Shown: in pieces, positions 8,697 through 16,739 of the stretch
Layout: each line of letters opens with the position of its first letter
Position numbering within the stretch: position 1 is the first letter of the stretch
Source: Stramenopiles sp. TOSAG23-3
Taxonomy: Eukaryota
NCBI GenBank assembly: GCA_900128585.1
Contig: LT642204.1
Coordinates: forward strand, 1 to 34,359
Direction: 5' to 3'
DNA length: 34,359 nt
Notes under the pieces: generated by a model
Database searches by the model: none
What the model saw: the letters and a program-made list of their open reading frames with translations, nothing else
What the model was told of the DNA's origin: nothing
Program-made: the position numbers and the translations under genes

Positions 8697-10310
8697 ATGC
8701 TTATAGCATCGGCGGGGTCCCGCCACAGAGGTGGATCATCGGTGCCGCATCGTGGCAAGAAGAAAATAGCTCCGTTCAATAGCAAGAAAGATGCCTCCCA
8801 CAAAAACCGAACGGCCAAGGTGGTCCGGACGAAAAGCCACAAAAGAATGTCTGCGGGGCAGAGAGAAATGTGTGAAGACGTCTTTGATGAAATCGATGAG
8901 GACGGTAGCGGGTCAATAGATGTAGATGAAATGAGCAAAGCGATGCACGTAATGACGGGACAATACCCGTCGCGTCGGTTGGTAAAGACGATGTTCAAGG
9001 CAGTAGACGACGACGAGAGCGGCAATATATCAAAGGAGGAATTTAAGCTGCTGTGGGAAATGCAGATTAACTTTAAACGAAAGCTGGCGAAGGCGAACGC
9101 AGTGAAGCCCCCTCTGTTCCCCCAAACCCAGGACAACCTTTTGAAGGTGTTCTACTTGTTCGATGACCCGGGAAAGTCTCTGCTTGGCCACCGCATATCC
9201 GTTTTCATTATGGCTGTAATCGTCATGTCGGTAACCTCGTTCGTTCTCGAGTCAATGCCCTCGTTGCGATATTGGACTGGCGGGACTCCAGGGAAAGGGC
9301 AGTTTGTTGGCTTGCCGGTTTTTTTCGCCATCGAAGTGTTCTCGATAGTGGTGTTCACGTTTGAGTACTTAATTCGGTTTGCCCTGGTCAGCCGAGCGCC
9401 ACCGCACGACGTGCCTTGGTATCGCAAGATCTTTAAATTTTTCTTCTCCACCATGAACCTGATCGATTTCGTTGCCATCGCCCCCTTTTACGTAGAGCTA
9501 TTTTTGGCAAAAAATGGCGAAAATAGCGGCGGCGGGCTTGGAGTGTTGCGTATTCTGCGCGTTGCGCGAGTGTTCCGGGTGTTCAAGCTCGGCAAATACA
9601 GCAATGGCATGCAGCTCTTTGCCTCCGTAATGGCACGCAGTCTGCCAGCACTTATTCTGTTGAGTTTTTTTCTCGTCATAGCAGTGGTGCTTTTCGGCGC
9701 ATTGATTTTTGAGTTCGAGCAAGGCGTATGGAGTGACGAGTTCGACGGGTTCATTCGTCCGGATGTATCCGGGCACGGGAAAGAATTGACCCCATTCTTG
9801 AGCGTACCTTCGGCATTTTGGTGGGTAGTTGTAACGTCCACGACCGTCGGGTATGGGGACATGTACCCGACAACATTCGAGGGAAAGATAGTCTCGGTCA
9901 TGTGCATGATGATGGGTGTTTTAGCCCTGGCCTTGCCCGTCTCTGTCATTGGTGCAAACTTTGGGGACATTTACGCGAAGAAACAGCGCGAGTCCATGCA
10001 CAAAGAACAAAAGGCGCTGATGCAAATGTGGAAGGAGCACAGTGCCAACGAAATCGACAGCACGGCCGAAAGTACACAGGCGTCGAACGGGTCAAATGAG
10101 GGGGGAGACAACGGACCCCAGTCCCCAGGAGAAGAGTTGGTTGATATTATGAATAAAATAAACGGACTAACGGAGCGGGCCAACGTTCTGAGCAAGGAAT
10201 TGATGTCCGCGGCGAGTGAAGGCGCACAAAGTTCTCAAACTCCAAAACAACCGCCGCCGCCGCCGCCGCCGGCACGACCAGAGCAAAGCGAGGAGAAGGA
10301 CGCTGTATAA
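8697..10310 (+). CDS. Voltage-gated potassium channel (6TM Kv-like) with an N-terminal EF-hand pair
   Basis: ATG 8697. EF loops DEDGSGSIDVDE (8895-8930) and DDDESGNISKEE (9006-9041). NLIDFVAIAPFY (S3), LRILRVARVFRVFKLGKY (S4), FWWVVVTSTTVGYGDMYP (pore), LALALPVSVIGANF (S6). Confidence 0.95.
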   Translation: MLIASAGSRHRGGSSVPHRGKKKIAPFNSKKDASHKNRTAKVVRTKSHKRMSAGQREMCEDVFDEIDEDGSGSIDVDEMSKAMHVMTGQYPSRRLVKTMFKAVDDDESGNISKEEFKLLWEMQINFKRKLAKANAVKPPLFPQTQDNLLKVFYLFDDPGKSLLGHRISVFIMAVIVMSVTSFVLESMPSLRYWTGGTPGKGQFVGLPVFFAIEVFSIVVFTFEYLIRFALVSRAPPHDVPWYRKIFKFFFSTMNLIDFVAIAPFYVELFLAKNGENSGGGLGVLRILRVARVFRVFKLGKYSNGMQLFASVMARSLPALILLSFFLVIAVVLFGALIFEFEQGVWSDEFDGFIRPDVSGHGKELTPFLSVPSAFWWVVVTSTTVGYGDMYPTTFEGKIVSVMCMMMGVLALALPVSVIGANFGDIYAKKQRESMHKEQKALMQMWKEHSANEIDSTAESTQASNGSNEGGDNGPQSPGEELVDIMNKINGLTERANVLSKELMSAASEGAQSSQTPKQPPPPPPPARPEQSEEKDAV

Positions 10311-10830
10311 GGTAGGAAAAATAAGTTTTTTATCAACATCTCCAAATTCCTCTCCTTGGTCCTATGTTTTGGTTAGGGCTAGGGTTTCATACAAAACACG
10401 ATGATTAATGTTAGGTGATAGGGTTACAAAGTCGAAGTGCACAAGTTCATTTCATCATCTCTTTATAGAAGGCAAATAGCATACAACCGTACGCACATCT
10501 ATTGTATGTACATATAGTAACACGACGAGGCGAAAACTTCGTAAAGAAAAAAGGAGGTGGTTTATATTAATACTGTACGTACCACCCCGTCCGTAAAAAA
10601 TTTTAAAGTAGTAATCGTTTTCATTTTTTTTGTAGCTTCAAAATTGCATTTATTGCTTTTTGCTACTTTCTGCTGTTCTGGTCATTTATTAGAATAGAAG
10701 AAACGTTTATGTTGTCCTTAACACAGGTATATGTTTCCCCAACCTTGTTCTTCAGCCATTTTTTCTTTCCCGCTGTGTTGAAAGAAATCGTTATTGGTAT
10801 TCATCCAAAGAACGTGTTTGTGAGAAGTAA

Positions 10831-12363
10831 ATGGAAGGTTCAGAAGTGCGTCGGAGGGGCGGCGGCGCGGACGAGGATGAGGACGCGGAACCTGAAGAGT
10901 TGGACCGTTTGATAAAAAACAACCATGAGGAAGACGCCGACGAAGAAGCCGAGCGCAGGCGGAAGCTTAATATGGGGCGTATCGAAAACATTGCCCTTCC
11001 AGTGTTCTATTTCATGCTGGGGTTCAACCTGAAGCTGCCCTTCGTCGCACAGCGGCAATACCTTCGGCGGGTGCTGAAAGCGAGCCCAGCAAACCAGGCT
11101 CTAGTTTTGAATATCATAGCCCAAATTCCGTGGCAATTGAAACTTTTCTACGCGTTTTTGTCAGATACTGTGCCTATTGGGGGAAGACGTAGAAAGCCAT
11201 ACATGATAATAGGGGTGATTTTGTTTACCATAGCCTGGATAACGTTGGGACTGATCCGCCCTGCCCCGAAAGTAGGAACGACTGCGTTTTTGTTGTTTGC
11301 CGGAACTTTTGGGATGATCATGACGGACGTCATGGCCGACACGATTGTTGTGGAAAAAGTTGCCCTGGAAAGGGGAAAAGAGATCGGTAGTCTGCTAACG
11401 TATGTGTGGGTCCTGCGTTTCGCCGGTTCGTTTTTTGGAATGTTCTTCGGCGGGTACTTGCTGCAGTACGCGAAGCTGTCGGAGCAGAATATTTTTTTCC
11501 TCCAAGGTTTGACCCAGATCATCATGGTCATGCCCTTCTTGGTGCGATTGGAAGATCAGATGGTCACAGTGCAGCAAAGTGTTGCAAAGCAGCTATCTGA
11601 CATATGGGTAACAATTACGGACAAGCGAGTGAGCTGGCTCATCTATTTTATGTTTATCTTTGGGTGCACTCCCAACGCAGGCAGTGCTTTCACCAACTAT
11701 TTGTTGGGCCCGTTGAAGTTTACGGACGCGCAATACATGTACCTGAATCTGGTCGGGATTCTGTTTGCCGGGGTCGGCAGTTACATTTACAAGATGTGGT
11801 TCAGAAATTCGAACCTGAGGGTCTTCGTGTTTCTGATCGTCATCGTCGGCGCTGCGCTACAGCTGGTACCACTGATCTTGATATCCCGCGTAAATTTGAC
11901 ATGGGGAATATCGGACTTTTGGTTTTCTATTGGAGACGAGCTGATTGTTGAATTGGTTAGTATCATGGTAGTGATGCCAATGCTCATTGTTTGCGCAAAG
12001 GTTTCCCCTGCAAACGTAGAAGGGACGGTCTATTCGTTCCTGACCATGTCGTCAAACATTTCCATGGCGATTGGGGAGGCTTTCAGCGCTATGCTCACCG
12101 CCTACTTGGGCATCAGTGTAACGAAGTTTACAAACTTAAAAACATTGATTATCATTTCTGCAGCGTGCTCCTTGCTCCCACTTTTCTTCTTGTGGTTGCT
12201 ACCGTGGCGAATCGAAACTACGCAGCGGATTAAGATTGGGAGTGGGTTGGAAGAAAAGTATAAAACCAAATGCACGGGCATTGCGTCCATTGCTCTAGTG
12301 ATGGGCGGGTTAGTTTTTACGATCGTCCAATCCATTGTTAAGATTTCAAGCAACAACAAATAG
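10831..12363 (+). CDS. BT1 folate/biopterin transporter family (MFS)
   Basis: 510 aa with about 12 hydrophobic segments. Family-typical PWQLKLFYAFLSDTVPIGGRRRKPY, DVMADTIVVE and CAKVSPANVEGTVYS. Confidence 0.9.
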   Translation: MEGSEVRRRGGGADEDEDAEPEELDRLIKNNHEEDADEEAERRRKLNMGRIENIALPVFYFMLGFNLKLPFVAQRQYLRRVLKASPANQALVLNIIAQIPWQLKLFYAFLSDTVPIGGRRRKPYMIIGVILFTIAWITLGLIRPAPKVGTTAFLLFAGTFGMIMTDVMADTIVVEKVALERGKEIGSLLTYVWVLRFAGSFFGMFFGGYLLQYAKLSEQNIFFLQGLTQIIMVMPFLVRLEDQMVTVQQSVAKQLSDIWVTITDKRVSWLIYFMFIFGCTPNAGSAFTNYLLGPLKFTDAQYMYLNLVGILFAGVGSYIYKMWFRNSNLRVFVFLIVIVGAALQLVPLILISRVNLTWGISDFWFSIGDELIVELVSIMVVMPMLIVCAKVSPANVEGTVYSFLTMSSNISMAIGEAFSAMLTAYLGISVTKFTNLKTLIIISAACSLLPLFFLWLLPWRIETTQRIKIGSGLEEKYKTKCTGIASIALVMGGLVFTIVQSIVKISSNNK

Positions 12364-12756
12364 AAATATAGAGATACATATATAATACTACACAACTCAG
12401 TTTAATGAGATCAACAATGCGGAAATGAATACTGTACGGTACCGGTACCAACCAGGAAAAAAACCAATTACGGCATACTACAATTAATACCGGTGTAAGA
12501 GCTTGACACTATATTTTTAATTACATTTTTAAATTTTTTTATAATAATACTATGATGTGTGGTGGTGGTGTTTTTTTCTTTTCTCTCTCACACCGACCTC
12601 CACTCCTCCACCACTTATTTTTTTTAATTGTACCCTTGCGTAAAAATAAAAGGAAGTCAACTGTTCTTTCCCCACAGAGCAAAATGTACCCGATTGTAAA
12701 CAATCAGTGTTTATTTGGAAAGATCGAGTCCGTTGCCATCAGTTGTGCGAAGCACA

Positions 12757-13611
12757 ATGGAGTGGTTCTTAGCAGACAATGTAAACCCTGGGAGCCGGAA
12801 GCATACGGCTGGCTGGCTTCACCCAGTTTTTGCGTTTTTTCTCGGTATGCTCTGCTCGCCAGTATTGGGGTTCTATGGAAGTGATTATTTGGACGCAACA
12901 AATGTCGTGAGAAAAGAGCTGCGTGTTGGGGAACAATATACAAATGTAATGCTCGGATACTTTATCATTGGATACCATACTGTTCTGATTATTGTAAGGG
13001 TTTTTACCATGGGCTTCCCACTCCTCTACGAGCAGTTGTGGGCATGCAACCTGGCCATGCCGCTAGCCGCAGTTGGAATAGTCACTGGGAGGCCTATTAT
13101 GGTTGGTGCGGCATGTTTGGCAGTTGCTATTGACCAAATTTTGTGGTATGTTGACGTGTTCTCAAGAATTTGTTTTGGTCGCTGGTCTGTTGGAGTTGCA
13201 AAATATATGGACTGGCCGGAGACGACCCTGGTGACAAAACTGACATCGTTTCATCACCTATGGTTTTTGCCCTTATGTTTATGGCACTTACGAAGTACAA
13301 AGTGTGGAATGCCCATTGAATCTTTTATTTTATCCTCTTTCGGCGTTTGCGTTATGTCGGGTGTGACCAGACTTGTTGTACCCTTCAAAATTAAGAAGAG
13401 CACCCTTTCGCACAGAAAGAAATCTGACGGCGATGGTTTGCAATACAGCAACGTCAACATGACTCACGAGTTTTGGAAAGATATTCCTGTTGCACTTCTT
13501 CATAAAATGGATGGCGCCAAATGGTATTTTTACATTCCTTACTTAATGGTGGTGTACAATATTTTGCATTGGCCATTCTATATTTTAATGAAACTACTGA
13601 CAGAGGCTTAG
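12757..13611 (+). CDS. Uncharacterised multi-pass membrane protein, possibly TMEM164/YwaF-like
   Basis: 284 aa from ATG 12757 with 6-7 hydrophobic segments. Polar motifs within or near helices: YEQLWACN, DQILWYVD, GVAKY, TSFHHLWF, NVN. The family call is tentative. Confidence 0.6.
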   Translation: MEWFLADNVNPGSRKHTAGWLHPVFAFFLGMLCSPVLGFYGSDYLDATNVVRKELRVGEQYTNVMLGYFIIGYHTVLIIVRVFTMGFPLLYEQLWACNLAMPLAAVGIVTGRPIMVGAACLAVAIDQILWYVDVFSRICFGRWSVGVAKYMDWPETTLVTKLTSFHHLWFLPLCLWHLRSTKCGMPIESFILSSFGVCVMSGVTRLVVPFKIKKSTLSHRKKSDGDGLQYSNVNMTHEFWKDIPVALLHKMDGAKWYFYIPYLMVVYNILHWPFYILMKLLTEA

Positions 13612-13870
13612 TCACAAAAATGGTGTGCGTGGTATTTGCTTTAAGTCTTCGTACGAAGTAGTTTTTACAGCAGAATATAATGAATAAAATGATCATATTT
13701 TCTTTTTATGCTGAAACTTACTGTTCCCGTCTGTACAGATTAGAATAAATATGATCGCGGGAAAAAACTTACTTTGGTGTGTGTGTGTATTTTGACGTGT
13801 TGGTATAATAACATTACCTGTCCCATGAGTCGCTCCTGGTACCCAAGTTGGGGTTAACTTATATCCTCAG

Positions 13871-16003
13871 TCAAAGAAACTCGCCATTATCCTCTTCCTG
13901 TATTGGCACTTCCACAACATCGTTATTATTCACTGGGCCATCCATAGCTTGGCCTTCGACAACGTATGCACTTTCTGTCACGGCTTCACTGTTCGTCACA
14001 TTTTCGGCTGCTTCCATGGGAACTACCATGTCAGAGTCTGTTGGGATCTTTTTGAATGTCATCCCCCTCACCAATCCTAAGAGATCGTCTTGTTCGTGCG
14101 GATCGTATTCCCCGTGAGCACCAAACCTTCTTTGGATATTTAGATTTCCACATATCATAAATATTCCAAAAAGTCCGCACAAGAAGCAGTACAGACTCAA
14201 TTCCAAGATGGACTCTAAGAAATCACCACACATGATTCCCGTAAACTTCTCGTACTGGGGGGCAATAAATCCGCACTTACCACCATGCAGAATGACGTCG
14301 ACTTGATCCAAGATTTCATTGACGTAAGGCTTAGTCTTGTTTAGCCCAGCTTGCAAAGCCCCCGTTAAGTTTTTCAACTCATCTATGCTGAGTTGTATGG
14401 CGTCGACGTCCTCCTTCATCCAAATGACAGTCTTGTTTCCATTGGAACGAATCGTTTTCAGTTCATTTGCTTGCGCTGTTTGACCGTAACCCTCTGCAGT
14501 AGCAATGTCTTGATCGATGTCACTACCAGGAGCAGAAAAGTTCTTATATGTCAAGCTATGCACAGTTTCCCGCATTTTTCCAAATTCGCCAAAATCGAAA
14601 GTTTGTGAGCTGTTGAAAGTGTCGGAAGCACCAAAGCTTAATTGGTCTTTGAACGCGAAAGCGCTTGTCATGTTCAGTAACACAAATAAAGATTTGTTTT
14701 GAAAACAACCTTCAAGAACTGTCACACCTTGCCCTGACGAAATCATGGGGGCCAAGTAGAGACCGACATTATCTGGAAACTCATCGAACACAACGCACGC
14801 ATCTGAAACGATTACACCAATCGGCAGCATCAAGCCGGCCAAAAGAAAAAGGATCACTGCAAACACGAAAGTAACTTCCCATGCAACCCAAACAAGCATC
14901 CGGCCAACCTGATCATCTAGCTGATCGATGCATTTATTTTTAGAGCAATTGGTGTATGCCCCACAAACTTCGACTGCAACCCCGAGAAACGTGAATATCA
15001 CTACGACAAACGAGAGTGCGAAGAACGCAGAGCCAACGGCAACTATCTGCTGTCGTATAGGATCGGCAGAAACCATAATAGTCGTAATCATCGACTTGAA
15101 CGATACAGTGACAACGTCGACCAATGAGTTAACAGATAGCTTTGCCCCGTCTACAATCCCTACTATAATAGATTTCATGGCAACAACTTGTAAGTTTAGT
15201 GTCGAAGCAGTCGACTCCATCTGTGTTATTTGGGGCTTCACTGTTTCGCGAAGTTTTTCGGTCGTCGCGTTAATGTCTTTCCCAGTTTGGAGACAGAAGG
15301 AACACGTTACGTTTGGATGAACACTGATTTTGGAAACATTTTTTCCAAATTCATCGGTCGAAGCAATAATTTTGTCATTCTGAACACCAATCTTGCTGAC
15401 ATTGTTTAGGTTTGCAGAGATTTTATCAATATTAGTGGACGCGATTGATCTTAAACCATTGACTGGTACCATCATTTCGTCAAAGAACCCTTCAGTTTCA
15501 GTTCGAAGACCCTCCATAGAGCAAACGATGTCCGAAGAAGAGTTCACAAATTTACCTAAAGTAACTGACCCTAAGATTGAACATATAATGCACCCTAATG
15601 CGAAGAACGAGTAAATGCCGAGCACGATCATCTTATCTTTTCTGTGGTACTCTCTCGTCGGCTTAAAACATTTGCCTATAAGCCTGCATGAGGAGATGCA
15701 GCAACAACAGAGACCAGACAGAATAGAAAGCGTGATACCAGAAGCTGCATAGGCAACAACCCGAACTCCATATTCTTGAATGTCCCCCCCGTCCACTACA
15801 ACCGTTTTCAATTTATTACCGCCTCGGAAATCTTGAAGATCTTTAACAATTTTACCATCCCCTGATCCTGATTTGACCGAGTCCACTTTAAGTCCGGTAG
15901 ATTCGCTGACCTTGATATCGACGCAGAATTCTTCTACAGATACGCTGTCAACATTGGACAGTGCGAGCAGGCCGCACAGCAGCACCATGATGAATACCTT
16001 CAT
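13871..16003 (-). CDS. Prominin/tweety-like pentaspan membrane glycoprotein
   Basis: Signal peptide; TM1 followed by a Cys cluster (GLCCCCISSC); TM2; large helical ectodomain with N-x-S/T sites; TM3-4 ending in VSDAC; second ectodomain with GKCGFI...MCG; TM5; acidic tail. Confidence 0.65.
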   Translation of the reverse strand: MKVFIMVLLCGLLALSNVDSVSVEEFCVDIKVSESTGLKVDSVKSGSGDGKIVKDLQDFRGGNKLKTVVVDGGDIQEYGVRVVAYAASGITLSILSGLCCCCISSCRLIGKCFKPTREYHRKDKMIVLGIYSFFALGCIICSILGSVTLGKFVNSSSDIVCSMEGLRTETEGFFDEMMVPVNGLRSIASTNIDKISANLNNVSKIGVQNDKIIASTDEFGKNVSKISVHPNVTCSFCLQTGKDINATTEKLRETVKPQITQMESTASTLNLQVVAMKSIIVGIVDGAKLSVNSLVDVVTVSFKSMITTIMVSADPIRQQIVAVGSAFFALSFVVVIFTFLGVAVEVCGAYTNCSKNKCIDQLDDQVGRMLVWVAWEVTFVFAVILFLLAGLMLPIGVIVSDACVVFDEFPDNVGLYLAPMISSGQGVTVLEGCFQNKSLFVLLNMTSAFAFKDQLSFGASDTFNSSQTFDFGEFGKMRETVHSLTYKNFSAPGSDIDQDIATAEGYGQTAQANELKTIRSNGNKTVIWMKEDVDAIQLSIDELKNLTGALQAGLNKTKPYVNEILDQVDVILHGGKCGFIAPQYEKFTGIMCGDFLESILELSLYCFLCGLFGIFMICGNLNIQRRFGAHGEYDPHEQDDLLGLVRGMTFKKIPTDSDMVVPMEAAENVTNSEAVTESAYVVEGQAMDGPVNNNDVVEVPIQEEDNGEFL

Positions 16004-16739
16004 ATTTTTTTAAAACGCGGGGGACTATTTGCTTTGTTGCAAAGAAAAAATAGATTGGAAGAGTTGCGGGAAATGGATAGAATGGTGTGTGTCAAGAGTT
16101 CATAAAATGAGTTCAATTTGCCGCAATTATAAGACGACCCTAGCGAAAGCAGGAGTAAGTCAGTCAGTCAGCCAGTGGAATCTGATGCAGTGCACCATAA
16201 TAATAATATTTTTTCTTCTTCTTCTTCTCTTCATCGTCGTGTGTTGTGTATGTACATTATTTAAATAATTATGGTTTTTTAAACAACTACTCTCTATAGA
16301 AAATAACTAACTACTACGAGGACTTGGTGGTCTATTATTCCTCGTAGTCTTCTCTATTGTTTATTTCGAATATACTGTACCGGTATGGAGGTCTAATAAA
16401 AATATATTATTAATCCAATTAACCGATAATAAATAATGAAATAACAATAGGATGACGTTTAATACTTCGTGTGCAGTGTTTTGTGTTTGTTTGAAAGTCG
16501 TTGCCACTAAAATAACTTGTCTTCTTTCTACTTTTAAAATTTAGGAATATTAATATTTTAAATAAAAAGCAGCTGAGCTGTAAAGTATTAATAGAAGACG
16601 CCACGCAACAACCGAACGTTCTATTCGTTACGTACTTATTCTAACGAATTTTGATAGGGCATATATTGCGAATAATTTCCATGTGCAGATTTCAGTAAAG
16701 AATCGCCCTGCACCACTTCCTAATGCTCTACAAAAAAAT

